The notes: generated by a model not told the origin, from the sequence alone. DNA of 64,000 nucleotides from Mobula hypostoma (GCF_963921235.1 NC_086100.1:60574001-60638000); one strand, 5' to 3'. Positions 15,501 through 30,500 are shown, counted from the stretch's first letter. Program-made: numbers and translations.

Positions 15501-18500
15501 GAGCTATGAACTGGACAAGCCAAGTCAACAACATGCTTGAAAGCCCATTCCCAAAAGAGAGAGCCCTCTGCGCATAGCAGGCCTAAACAATTCACCACGC
15601 AATCAATCTGAGACAGTACGTCCCTCCTCCCCCCATAGATGGGAATCACAGAGGAAAGGAATAAGTGTAGTAAACTGAGAAAAATGTTGAAATGTCTACC
15701 CCGCTTGGTTCCCATCAAATGGTTGGTGCAACCTTGTGGACCACTACAGGGGTTAACTTCTCTTTCTGTGCCATCCTGGTTAGCTGATAAAGGCAGTGGA
15801 CTGCGAATCTCCTCTTGATGGGACACTGACTTTATCAGTAGAGGATACTTCTGTAGCTTCCCCGGGTACCCCAGCAGTTTACATGATCCAAATGAAGTCT
15901 CACAATTTGTCCATCTGGTAGCACAAGCTCTACTACTTGACCATGATAATGCCAGATGACAGCCAAAAGCCAGTTTTCTTCCTGTGGGATGCCGGTGTAG
16001 ATTTTGTCTCTGTATCAAACATTCTCAGCCTACCACAGTGAGCATGTCATATTTTTGTTTCATAGCCTCTTGCTTGCACAAATTCTCTGCTGAAGAGCTT
16101 GCCGCAGATCTGCTCTCTGTGGCCAGTCAAGTTCGCATACGGCACTGGGAGGGCCGTGTTAAAACTTCAGCTGGCAATTCCCCTTCGGGTCAACAGTATT
16201 GATCTGAAGTGTCAGCTTGGAAAACCAGCTAGTGCTTTTGTAATAGAGAACTCAATGCGAGGTTCCCCTCAGTACAGTTGATGTAGGACTGCACCAATGG
16301 CATCTTTTTAATCCGATTTCTGCCCAGCAAATTAGGCTACTGGCCTCCCCTGACCACATGCACAGGTAAGTAAAACAGGTCCCACTGTATAATAACGTCT
16401 GCCATAAAGACACCACAGATTTCCCGTGTCCATGCTACCTCCAGTGTAGCTGCGGAACACAGGCGATCAGAACTTTAGAATCCGGCATATGGATAATTCA
16501 CTTACCAAGGTCATGACTGATCCAGTGTCCACCTTAAATTTCACAAGCTGGTTGTCCACTGCGAGTGTAACCAAGAAGGCTGGTTTCGGTGGGCCATGTC
16601 ATGGGGTCAGAAAATAATGCTCACTTCTTTGCTTCGGCTGCATCCTTGTGGAGTTGATGGTCGAACTCCACTGTTTTCTCATGGCACATTGCTTCGCAAA
16701 TCACACCTTCTTGAGGTACCATATCTTCTGACAGAATGGGCAGAGTGTCTTTTGATGCTTGTATCAGACCACTGGGCATGATCTTCACCACAGCGATGGC
16801 ATCTCCGTGGAGACTTAGGTGACATCTGGGATGACTGTAGGCTGTGGGTTAGTATTCGATGGTAAACATTGACGTTTTCAGGAGAGGGCTGAAGACCACC
16901 TCCCAGTGGCGAGCTGTGGAGAATACTCCATCACAGGACAAATTGTACCTTTCAGACAGGAGACTCTCCTTTGTCCTCCCATCTTAGACTCCAACAATCT
17001 ATGCTTGGATAAGCATCACTTCTTCGAATTTGCTCAGGAGAATATCTTTATACTTGCATTCCTGCATCACTAGGGTCAACTGAGTGATAAACTCATCTAT
17101 ATTTTTGTCAAGGGTGTGTCACGGATGTGAGAACCTGAAGCATGTCATAAAGACATTGTCCTGTGTCCCTCAAATGAGTCTTATCAGTTCAGATTCATTC
17201 TATTTCTGCCTGAGTTCTCCTAAGTGCATGCAGAATGGCTTGAGTTTCATTGCTTCCTCGAGTTTTGCCACTGGTAAAATTGGTAGGGATTCAATGTAGT
17301 CCATGAAGGTTTCCTTCCACTGCAGCCAGATTCCAGTGATCAGCCTTGCCGCAGCTGTGGCCCAAAATGACCATAAGACATAGGTGCAGAATTATGCCAT
17401 TCAGCCCATCAAGTCTACTCCGCCATACCATCGTGGCTGATTTATTATCCTCTCAATTCAATTCTCCTGCCTTCTCGCCGTAACCTGATCATAATACTTC
17501 AAGTGTTCCCTTATAAAGCCTCAGCATTACATCCTAGATTTTATATTCTAGTACTCTCAAAATGAGTAATAACATTGCATTTGCTTTCCTTACCACCGAT
17601 TCAACCTGCAAGTCAGCTTTAGGGGATCCAGCACAAGAGCTCCCAAGTCCCTTTGCACTTCCGATTTTTTGAATTTTTTCCTCATTTAGAAGGTAGTCTA
17701 TGCCTTTAACCCCTATACCCAAGTGGATGATCATACACTCCCTACATTATATTCCATCTGCCACTGCTTTTGCCCATTCTCCAAATCTAAGTCTTTCTGC
17801 AGGCTCCGTGCTTCCTCAACACCACCTGCCCCTCCACCTATTTTCACAATGTCTGCAAACTTGGGCACACAGCCATCAATTCTGTCAGTCAAATCATTGA
17901 CATATAACGTGAAAAGAACCAAGTGCTCCAGTTTCCTACCACAGTCCATAGACATACTGAATGGTAGGTTAATTGGTCATTATAAATTGTCCCATGATTA
18001 GGCTAGTGCTGAATCTGGGGTTGCTGGGCGGCGTGGCTTGAAGGGCCAGAAGGGCCTAATCTGCACTGTATTTCAACAAGTACATAAAAATAAACAAACA
18101 CCACTAGTTATCAGCAGCCAACCAGAAAAGGCCTCCTTTATTCCCATTCTTTACCTCTTGCCAGTCAGCCAGTCTTCTATCCATGCTATTATCTTTTCTG
18201 TAATACTTGGGCTCTTATCTTGTTTAGCAGCTTCATGCCAAAGGCCTTCTGAAAATTCAAGGAAATGACATCCACTGACTCTCCTTTGTCTATACTGCCT
18301 GTTATCTCCTCAAAGAATTCCAACAGATTTGTCAGGCAAGATTTCCCCTTAAGGAAACAATACTGCTTGTGGCCTATTTTATCATGTGCTTCCAGGTACC
18401 CCGCAACCTCATCTTTAATAATGGACTTCAACATCTTCCCAACCTCTGAAGTCAGGCTAACTGGCCTATAATTTCCTTTCTTCTGCCTCCTTCCTTTCTT

Positions 18501-21500
18501 GGAGTGACATTTGCAATTTTCCAGTCCTCCAGAACCATTCCAGAATTTAGTGATTCTTGAACAATCACTAATGACAGGTTTTAGAAGTTTTATGTTTTTG
18601 GAAGTGTTTAGAAACTGGAGCACCTGGAGGAAACCCATATGGTCATAGGGAAAACATGCAAATATCACAGAGGTGACACCCAAATTCAAGATTAAACCAA
18701 GGTTTCTGGCACTGTGAGGCAGTGGCTCTACTAGCTGCACCACTGAGCATATATCACCTTAATCGATCAAATCATGCCTCTCACTACCCTTTTACTATGT
18801 AATTGCCATCAGGTGATTTTTCTTTTCTTTTTAAATCTTTTTATTGAATTAGTACACAAAAGGTAAACCATATAGGCACTGATACACTGTTGCAATATAA
18901 CTTTACAAGAGATAGTAATACACAAAAAGAAGTTAATACAAACAGTGCAGTTTAGATATAAAATAACAAGGTAATATAATTGTATACTTATTTTCATACA
19001 TGTCAATAAGGAAAGGAAAAAAAACTCAAAAAAAAAACCCAAAAAAAACCCACCGTGCAACTAATCTAAAAAGCAAAGCAAAGCAATGGGCTAACTAGTT
19101 ATCAAGTAGATAAACAACTTAAAACAATCACGTCCTCAAACCCGACCTCCATTAAAAACAGTTAAAAAGCAAGAAGGGAATGTAAATATGGACAGAGAGA
19201 GAAAAAAAGTTACATTAAATGAAAATGTTGAATAAAAGATCTCCAGGTCTGTTCAAATTTAACTGAAGAATCATAAAGATTACTTCTAATTTTCTCCAAA
19301 TTTAAACATAGTATCGTCTGGGAAAACCAAAAGAACGTAGTTGGAGCATTAATCTCCTTCCAATGTTGTAGAATACATCTTTTCGCCATTAAAGTAAGAA
19401 ATGCAATCAATCAATCTACGGGCTGAAGGGGAAAGATTACTGGAAATTTTAGGTAATCCAAAGATAGCAGTAATAGGATGGGGAGAAATATCTATATTCA
19501 ATACCTTTGAAATAAGATTTTTGAGATACCTTTTATATTAACCATCATTCTGTTTTCATTTTTTCTCTTTGGCAGTGTTACTTTGTATTTTGCCTTCTTC
19601 GTCCCTCAGAAATCATCTGTCTACTTACCCTGGTGGATTTTGTGCCTGAACCAGGCACATTTTTGTTGTCTCCAATTACTTCAATATCTATTACAATAAA
19701 TTCCTCCAGCTGCCCAGGCTGACACAGACTGTAAAAAGGGTAGCGCCAATAAGTGGAACCATCAATTTCTGCAACTGTAAGTAATGAAAAAGTAAATTAA
19801 GATATCTGTTGCGCATTCTTTTCTTTACTGCATCAATGAAATAAACCACTGTTAAATTACAAAGGTAAAGTTAAAAGCTACCACAAATAAACGTAGGTTC
19901 TCCCATCTCCCAGCTGCAGAAATGCTCCCTTCCTATGCAATAAATTTCTAGAATTCAATTAAAATTGAAGCACGAGTGCTGCAAAAACTTACTCTGCAAG
20001 CTGGTAGGATCGATGAGGTGCACAGCACTAGTCACTCGAACACAAACACATATCTGACTCATGTTTCCAAGGCTCTGGGCTACACGTGGTGGCAAGCATA
20101 CCAGATTGTCCTATAAAAGGAGAAACCAAAGTAGGCTGCAGAATACAGCAAAGACTCTGTTGCACAATAATATTTGCTTTTTTTTACGTTCAAGTTTGTT
20201 ACTGGAAGTATCTTCTACTTTACGTACTTTTTAAAATGTACAGCATTATGTCCAATTAAGCATGCTTGACTGCAATGTTTAAGAGGTTTGGATAGGTATA
20301 TGGATGGTAGGGGTACGGAGGGCTATGGTCGCAGTGCATGCTGATGGGAGTAGGTGGTTTAAACGGTTCGGCACAGACTGGATGGGCCTAAGGGCTGGTG
20401 TTTGTGCTGTACTTTTCTATGACTTTATGACTCCAAGTTCCATTTTCTTTACCTTACTTTCAAGATTTCATTTTAAATCTTGGTGGCCACATTACTGAAT
20501 AGCAGATATGATAGTATGGTATAATCAGTGCATATGTAGAATTAAAGTGATAGAAATCAACAAGATGAGCACAAAAATATTTTCCCAGGCTGCATGCAGA
20601 TCTAGAGAACAGACATATAGAGAAATTTGTATACTCTATTTCAAAATACTAAACAAATAATTTATTAAGAGTATCAAAAAGAGTTTTATAACATTAATAT
20701 CACCTAGAGCTGAATGCCACTATAGGATTAAGACCATTATGTCATAGGTGCAGAATTAGGATATTCAGCCCATCAAGTTCGCTCTACCATTCATTCATGG
20801 TAAATTCATTTTCTCTCTCAACCCCGTTTTCCAGCCTTCTCCCCATAATCTTTGACATCCTTACTAAGTAAGTACCCATCTAACTCCACTTTAAATATAC
20901 CTTAGGACTGGGCCTCCACAGCCATCTGGGGCAACAAATTCCACAGACTCACTACACTCTGATTAAAGAAATTCCTCAACTCTACTCTAAAGTGACATTC
21001 TTTTATTTTAAGGTTGTGTCCTGAGGTGCTAGAATCTCACACTAAAGACATCCTCTCCACACAGGCTTTCCAAAATTTGGTAGGTTTCAATGAGATTCCC
21101 CCACCCCCACCCCCTCATTCTTCTCAACTCCAACAAGTTAAGGCTTAGAGCCATCAAACAGTCCTTATACACTGACCCTTCTCATAAGCCTCATCTGGAC
21201 CCTCTCCAATGCCAGCATATCCTTTCTGAATATGGGGCCCAAAACTGCTCACAATCCTTCAAATGAGCTTCAAATGCCTTCTAAAGCCTCCGCATTAAAT
21301 CCTTGTTTTTACAGTATATTATAGTCCTTTTGAAATAAATGCTGACATTGCATTTGCCTTTCTTACTACCAGTTCAACCTGAAATTTAATCTTTAGGGAA
21401 TTCTGCACTAGGACCCACAGGTCCCTTTGCATTTCCGATTTCTGAATTCACTCCCCATTTATAAAACATAGTGTATGCCTTTATTCCTAGTCATATTCAG

Positions 21501-24500
21501 AGACAGAAAACTAATCAAATAAAATTTAAGATCTTGTCTTTGGAATCCAAAAGGATAAATAAACATATGTGAACATGTTGCTCGATTATTTCTCTTCCAG
21601 AGCCACAAGTTTAAAATTAATTTCACATCATTATGAGTACATCGACACTACACAAACTGAAAATCCTGTTGTAAGTTGGCATAGTTTTTTTTGGAAATCA
21701 TTACATTGAAATGTACATATTCTGGAAGATTCAATAAATGTCTTAAGCCTCAATGATCAGTACCTTAACCCATATACCATACTGCTCTCCCTCTCTCCAG
21801 CACCAATGCCAATGCCTGACTTAAATGCTACTACATCACCCATGGAATGGATCATTCTTAAGGCCTCAAATTTGCCGTCTTTTTAATATGTGTAACAGAC
21901 AACTATTAATCGAGCCTCAAACAACACCTCAGCACTGTCCAGACAACTACTGGCAGGTCATTGCTGTCAAAGGTTTCTAACACAGTTATAAATTTCTCCA
22001 GAATTAAATACATCGTAAAGCAATCTTCCGCTACCTCCAACGGGATCCCACCACTAAGCACATCTTTCCCTCCCCCCCCGCTTTCCGCAGGGATCGCTCC
22101 CTACGCGACTCCCTTGTCCATGCGTCCCCCCCATCTCTCCCCACCAATCTCCCTCCTGGCACTTATCCTTGTAAGCGGAACAGGTGCTACACATGCCCTT
22201 ACACTTCCTCCCTCACCACCACTCAGGACCCCAGACAGTCCTTCCAGGTGAGGCGACACTTCACCTGTGAGTCGGCTGGGTGATATACTGCGTCCGGTGC
22301 TCCCAGTGCAGCCTTCTATATATTGGCGAGCCCCGACGCAGACTGGGAGATCGTTTTGCTGAACACCTACGCTCTGTCCGCCAGAGAAAGCAGGATCTCC
22401 CAGTGGCCACACATTTTAATTCCACATCCCATTCCCATTCTGATATGTCTGTCCATGGCCTCCTCTACTGTAAAGATGAAGCCACACTCAGGTTGGAGGA
22501 ACAACACCTTATATTCCGTCTGGGTAGCCTCCAACCTGATGGCATGAACATTGACTTCTCTAACTTTCGCTAATGCCCCACCTCCCCCTCGCACCCCATC
22601 CGTTATTTATTTATTTATTTAGACACATTCTTTTTCTCTTTCTCCTTTTTCTCCCTCTGTCCTCTGGCCCCCTCCCCCTTTTCTTTCTCCCTGGGCCTCC
22701 TGTCCCATGATCCTCTCATATCCCTTTTGCCAATCAACTGCCCAGCTCTTGGCTCCATCCCTCCCCCTCCTGTCTTCTCCTATCATTTCAGATCTCCTCC
22801 TCCCCCTCCCACTTTCAAATCTCTTACTAGCTCTTCTTTCAGTTAGTCCTGACGAAGGGTCTCGGCCCAAAACGTCGACTGTACCTCTTCCTAGAGATGC
22901 TGCCTGGTCTGCTGCGTTCACCAGCAACTTATATGTGTGTTGCGTAAAGCAATTGAAATGGTTTAGAAACCAGAACATTAAAAAATACTAATTTTAAAAA
23001 TAATTAAGAACAGATTGCAGCACCATGTAACACAGTGAAACAAAGAAAAGTGAAAGAACTTTTTAATAAAGGTCACTGCTGTTTAAATATTAGCCATAGA
23101 CGCACATTGCAAGTATGTGCATCTCGCCCCTCTTACAGGCTTGTTCCAGAGATACCAATGAACTCCAGCAGCTAAGCTCTGTTCCTTCCTGTACTTTAAC
23201 ATCTCTTTATACAGATGACAGAATTGTAGGTGCGCTGAACAGTGGAAGTAGAGTGGGATAGCAGCTGAAGACCAACCCAATATCTTCACACCAATGACAC
23301 ATGGAGCTGTTTTTAAGCAAATATTATTTCCTACCTTGCAGACTGGAACAATTTCCACAGAGAAGGTACTCTTGTAATTGTAGCTATTACTGTGGACATC
23401 ATGGGAGATAAGGCGCTGAGATGCCTTATACCTTCAAAACATAAAACACACATTTGTTTCGTAATCAATTAAAAGAAAAGCCCAAAAGTATTTTCTGGAA
23501 ATACTTTATACCAACATCTTGAACTAAATTGGATGTTCAAAAACATACATCTTATACCCTCATTAAAAGGATGATCAGCATACAAGATATTCTAATTTAA
23601 AATTAGTAAAACAAGTTTTATTAGAAATCCTTTGGAGAAGAGTGGAGTAAATGGCTAAGGAAGATAATTTGCAAGAAGTAATGACAATAAGTCTGGATTT
23701 CTCAATATCTTATTGAAGAGAAATTACATAATTGTTGGCAACAGTAAACCTAGTACAGTTGAACCTGCAAGATCCTCATTAGCACATGGAGATGAGCACC
23801 AAGAGTATGAGAGCTGTCCTAAGGACAAGTCGAACAGTAATTATTAACCAGTATGACATTAAACCCCAGTATTATGTTCTATCAAAAAGCTATGATTCTG
23901 ACCCCAGAACAAATTAAGTCTCAGAATATGAGGTTCAAAAGTAACTTGTGGCAAATTTCCACCTTTTGTCCTCCTTCCAACAGATAAAGGTAATCAACTG
24001 TTGAATATCACTTGGAAGAAACAGAATGAGCAAAAATAATGTGTTATGGGTAGGGAGAATAATTAAAAATCATGTTCACAAATGGTTCAGTAGCACTGTT
24101 GCTGCTCAAGTTAGTAACTCACAAAAGTTTCAGATTAGGTCAGTGGCAACCAATTGAGAATGAATGCAAGAGGAAAAGTACTCTCCATCCATATACTCAT
24201 TTCAGATCCAGATGGTTATAAGTGTTGGTGGGAGAAATCACTGTACATTCCTATGAAAATAGCGACTCATTTTCCCACATTGAGAACACCCTACCATGTA
24301 TAGCATGCTAAGTGGGACAGATTTAAAACTGCATATGAACTACCATCTTAGTTTAAATAATCATTTGATTGGCCATGAAAAATCTTTAATACCATATAAA
24401 TCCTTCGATAATAGATCCATTTTGCCTGTAACACTTTAATACCAACCTGCAAGGAACTGTACACTGTAGGAAGTCCACCATCTTCTGGGCATGTTGCTTG

Positions 24501-27500
24501 GAACCATAATAAAAATCCAGACCATCTAAAATCAAAACATTGTTAATACTGATTACTTTGGCTATTTGTAACATTCAAGTAAGCCATCTCAAAATTGAAA
24601 AAAAGAAATCAAGGTGATATTTTAAGACCATTTTTTAAAATATCACCCTATGTTATTAACAAAGATAGTCACTGAAAACACTCAGTTTACTGCTTTCTCC
24701 GCAGAGGCTGCCTGTACTTCTAGTATTTTCTATTTGTTTGTCATAGTTCGAGGATTGGCAATATTTTGATCTTATGTCAAAAGTGGATAGTCAGGAACAA
24801 AACCAGAAACGCCTAAATCTCCGATGTTACCCAAACCTACATATATTTAGCAGCACAGGCAGCACCAGTGGAGCGGGAAAAATAATATCTGACAGCAATA
24901 TCCAGTTATGCGTTAAAACTTTTCTCTTCTCCAGCATTTGCTGTTTTAAATTCAGATTTCTGTATTTTACTTTTATTAAGCTTTTTCTCCCAAATCCATA
25001 GAAGTATTGAAAGGAAAGTACTTCTTTTAAAGTGAAATATACGATATTTGAAATAAATTTTTACTTTGATTTTCCAGTTAATATCAATCTGTTTCTCAAG
25101 CTCCATTAATTTTCAAGCTTGATACTAACACTTGTCTGAATATTTAGTATTTTATTATAAAATTTATATTCAATAAAATAATAAATTAATTAACTGCATT
25201 AATTTAACTAGTTATTATTCTTCTATTTTCTTAAAAGGAAACCGAATTGTATGATTACACTGGACAACAAAGATTTTGCTTCCTGAATACTTTTGGAAGT
25301 ATCTAATGGATTTTGGGCTGCTGATCACGAAAATCACCACGACATCTCCCTATCATGCACCATTTGAAATTGTCTGTATTTGTTATTTCAATTCATAATT
25401 GAAGTCAATTAAAATGTTACCCACAATGTAAGCTGAGAAGTTTTCTATCTTGTCCAGACATACCTCAGCATGCTTAGGCGTGACAGACACTGCATGGCAG
25501 GACAGGTTTTAGAAAGCCTATAAAAGCATCACACACACCGTTCTAGGCATTGTGATTACATGAATATTAGTTTGCAATCACATTGATGTGTATGCTTTAA
25601 GCACGTAAAACATTGTGTGTACTCATTATAATAAAGTAATTGTATTTTTAGGAGTATTTGTGATAGCAGAATGTCTCACCAATGTCGTAACAGTGGCGAT
25701 ACTTTCTGTTATATTTGTGGCAAGTGTAAGTTTAAATCGTAGACTGATAAAGACTCCTCGTATTAAGAAAGCCTATGAGCTCTACTTGGGGTGTAAAACT
25801 GGCGACCAAGACAAAGCTTGGGCTCACAGTTACTGTGCAACATGCGTTATCAATCTTAGAGCTTGGCTCAGAGGTATTCGGAAGTCAATGCCATTCGCTG
25901 TCCCTATGATATGGCAAGAGCAGAAAGATCATGTGGCAGACTGCTACTTCTGTCTCACCAGTGTGCCTGATTTCTCTGCTAAAAAAAGAAATCCACTGAA
26001 TGCCCCAATCTCCCTTCAGCCATGAGACCTGTGCTGCATGATGATAGTCTTCCAGTATCAAAGCCACATGGAGTCTAGAGGAAGCAAAAGATGAAGGAAT
26101 GATGCACAAGCCAGGAACTGAAAATTACACTGATACTAATAGAAATTTTGAACCCTTTATGTCGAGTGAGCATCATCTGATAACTCAATTTGGTTAAGTG
26201 ACCTAGTCAGAGATTTGGGTTTGTCAAAGGCAAAAGCAGAATTACAAGGTTCAAGACTGCAAGAATGGAATCTGCTGTCACCATGCACAAAAATTTCCAT
26301 GAAGGATTTTGATATTTCAGACGGATGCTTCCCAGAATAACCGGTGCCAAGATTAACGAAGGCATTTTTGTTGGTCCACAAATCAAACAGGTCATCAATG
26401 AGGCAATTCAAAGAACTTCAAGTGGGATTACAGAATATTGCATGGAAGGCATTTAAGAATGTTGTTGAAACTTTTCTTAGCTACTACAGAGCACCAAACT
26501 CTGTGCAGCTGGTTGACAACATGCTTAAAGCACACAAAACTGAACTGCAGCACGTCACAAAGGATTAATTTTCTGCGTGCCTATTTAGATTTCTTCCCTG
26601 CAAATCTTGGCGCAGTCAGTGACAAGCATGCTGAAAGATTTCACCAGGACACTGCGGTCACGTAGAAATGGTATCAGGGAAACTAGAATCCATCAATGCT
26701 GGCTGATTATTGTTGGACATGTAAATGAGAAGCCTCAGACACTGAGTACAAACAAAAATCATCAACAAAACATTTTTAACTTAGTTGAACTATTGCAAAG
26801 CATTAGCACTGTTATGCATTTAAACACATTATATTCAATAAAAGATAATTTCCTGTTTCTCCAAATTTCTACATGATACAAACAGTCTGAAATTGTATTT
26901 GTGTTCAGCTTCGAGCCGTCTATCATAACTAAAAATAATTCTAAGGAAGCAACACTTCTGAAAAAATTTGCTGTCCAGTGTTAGTTTCTGTATCTAGTTG
27001 CAGCAACACTCACCAGAAGAATTCCCTTGCAAGCTATTTCTAAAGACAATAAATAACTAACTTGTTCTAAGACGAAAATTTCCTCAACAATCTATTTTGA
27101 CTAACTATCTAACAATCACCCAGAAAGATGTTTAAGACATTTGTGAGGTGTAATTTGCAAATCAGGAAAGATATCATTAAAAGATTACACGGAAGACTTC
27201 CAAGGATGCTGCCAGAACTTGAGGACCCAAGTTACAGGGAGAGGTTGAATAGGTTAGGACTTTATCCCCTGGAGCGCAGGAGAATGAGGGGAGATTAGAT
27301 AGAGGTATACAAGATTATCAGTATAAATAGGGAAAACACAAGAAAAATTTTCCACCGTGGTTGGGAGAGACTAGAACTAGGGGTCGTAGGATAAGAGTGA
27401 AATGTGCAATATTTAAGGGAAACTACTTCACCCAGAACGCTGCGAGAGTGGGACAAGCTGTCAGCAGAAACAGTGGATGAAGTGGGTTTGATTTCAATAT

Positions 27501-30500
27501 TTAAGAGTAACGTGAGTAAGTATATGGATGAGAAGGGTACGGAGGACTATGGTCCAAGTACCGGTTGATGGGACTAAGCAGAAAACCAGTTCAGCACAGA
27601 CCAGATGAACTGAAGGGCCAATTTCTATGCTGTAGTCTTCTATGACTCTATGATTCTCTAAAATAGAAGGGAATGAAAGAAATTTTATAGTCCCAGTACC
27701 AATCATAACAAACTTCACACTATTAGAAAGTATACACCTGAACCGGGGGAATAACGATTTAAAGCTCTGCTCTGTCACCTTCCAGAACAAAATGCAATTC
27801 TGACCATGACCAAAGTATCTGGTTAATATCAGTGAAAATCTAGGATATTCCCAATCTATGGTAAAAAGACAATTTCATAAATATTCACTTACCGTGCATT
27901 TCTTTGATACGCAGTGTATTTTGATGTAGCTTATGCTTTAGGATTAATTGTTCCAAGTAATAAAAAGTTTTCTTGTGTGCAGTCTAAGGAATTCCAAACA
28001 TAAAAAAATAGAAAAGGTATTTTCATTTTTATTTTATAATAAACACAAAAAATTCCAGTATTTCACTATGTGACATACACTCACTAGCCACCAGTAAAGC
28101 TGCTCATAAATGCAAACATCATGTTGTGGCAACTCAATGCATAAAAGCATACAGACAAGAGGCTCAGTTGTTGTTCAGAACAGGGAAGAAATGTGAGCTA
28201 AGTGACTTTGAACATCGAATAATTGTTGGTGCCAGACAGGGTGGTTTGAGTATCTCAGAAACTGCTGATCTCCTGGGATTTTCATGCACAAGTCTCTAAA
28301 GTTTACAGAAAATGGTGTGATATACAAAAAAACCGTCAAGTAAGCAACAGTTCTGTGGGGGAAAAAAACATCTTTTTAACGAGAGGTCAGAGGAGAAAGG
28401 CCAGACTGGTTCAAGCTTACAGAAAGGCAAGAGTAACTCGAATAACCATGTGTTACAACAGCAGAAGAGTATCTCTGAACACGTAACACATCAAACCTTG
28501 AACTGGATAGGCTACAGCAGCAGAAAACCACACAAGGTTCCATTCCTGTACCTAATAAAGTGGCCAGTGAGTGCAAGTTCTAGAATGCTTTATTGAATGA
28601 AAGTCAATTTCACTGGAAAATGTCATATGAATAAGACATGTACTTACTAATGAACATATGACAAAAAATCCTTTTTGCCAATTATTCCAAACAGACATGT
28701 TGTTTACACTCATGCTTATATATCCACCAATCCATCTATTGTAACTAACAATATTGTAGCTATATACATAAAACTTTACAAATGAAGCAAGTATTTATGT
28801 GAAAAGATTTAATGATATCACATCACCATGGGACTTCCAATTTGTGACAGAAAAAAAAATACACGTTTAACAAAGTGAGCTATTAAATAAATCAGTGTGC
28901 TATTTAATGCTATGTAAATAATTAACCACTATCCATCATGGTTGATTTATTTACCCTCTAAACCTCAATCTCTTGCCTACTCCCTGTAACTCTTTAACAC
29001 CTTAACTAATCAGGCACCTATTACCTCTGCTTTAAATCTACCCAAAGACTGGCCTCCAGTCTTCTGTGGCAATGAATTCCATAAATTCATTACCCTCTGA
29101 CTAAGAAATTTCTTCTCATCTCTGTTCTGAGGCTGGGGTCCCCTTGTCCTACACTCTCCCACTATAGGAAACATTCACCCCACGTCCACTCATCTAAGCC
29201 TTTCAATATTCAGTAGATTCCAATGAGAACCCCTCATTCTTCTAAACTCCCAAGGAGTACAAACAGTCATCGTGCATTAACTCTTTCATTCTTGGATCAT
29301 TCTCATAAACCTCCTCTGGCTCCTCTAATACCAGAACATCATTTCTTAAATTATAGGGCCAAAAACTGAATACAATACTACGACTGCAGTCTGACCAATG
29401 CCTTATAAACCCTCAGTTTTGTATTCTAGTCCTCACGCGAAGAATGCTAACATTGCATTTGCCTTCCTTAGTACTGACTCAATCTGCAAGTTAACCTTTA
29501 GGGAATCCCAAGTCCTTTTGACCTCTGATTTCTGAATTTGTTCCCTATTTAGAAATAGCTTAAGGCTTTAGGTAGATAGATAGATATACTTTATTAATCC
29601 CGAGGGAAATTTGGTTTCATTACAGCCGCACCAACCAAGAATAGAGCGTAAATATAGCAATACAAAAACCACCAACAATCAAACAACAAAATGCAAACTA
29701 TGCCAGATGGAAAATAAGTCCAGGACCAGTCTATTGGCTCAGGGTGTCTGACCCTCCACAGGAGGAGCTGCATGTTCGATGGCCACAGGCAGGAACGACC
29801 TCCCGAGCCGCCAAGTGTTGTATCACGGTGGAATGTGGCCCAAGTCCAACAGTAAAAAGTTCATTCCTTCTACCAAAATGCACGACCATATACTTGCCTA
29901 CACTGTAAAATCTGACACTACTTTTTCTATTCTCCTAATCTCTCCAAGTCTTTCTGCAATCTCCTCAATTCCTCAACAGTTTGTCCCTCCATCTCTCTTT
30001 TGACATCCACAAACAAGGCAACAAAGCCATCAATTCCATCATACAGATCATTTACATATAACATGGAAAGTGGTGAACCCAACATCAGCCCCTGCAGAAC
30101 ACCTTTAATCACCAGCAGCTAACCAGTAAAGGCAATGTTTTTTTTCTCCACTTTCTGCCTTCTGCCAGACAGCCAATCTTCTATCGATGCTCGTGTCTTT
30201 CTTATAATTCCATGGGCTCCTATTATGTTTAGTAGCCCAATGTGCAGCATCTTGTCAAAGGCCTTCTGAAACTCCAAGTAAACAATATCCACTGACTCTC
30301 TTTTGTCTATCCTACCTGTTGTTTCCTGAAAGAATTCCAACAGATTTGTCAGAAAAAATGTCCCCATAGGAAACTATGCCTATTTTATCAAGTGCCTTCA
30401 AATCCCAAAACCTCATCTTTAATAATGGATTCTTACAACTTGTCAACCATTGAAGTCAGGCTAGCTGGCCTATAATTTCCTGTCTTGTGCCTCTCTCTCT

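Noticed and set aside
15476-16018. 180-aa minus-strand ORF as a novel gene
   Set aside because: Out-of-frame reading of the Gypsy integrase C-terminus and LTR region.
22280-22573. Stand-alone or domesticated GIY-YIG nuclease gene (also 45973 and 49823)
   Set aside because: Non-ATG starts, multicopy, and embedded in Penelope fragments with no upstream RT; simply young repeats.
25258-25290. RAG recombination signal-like CAC end
   Set aside because: Only the CAC trinucleotide matches; there is no heptamer/nonamer with 12/23 spacing. It is the Chapaev TIR.
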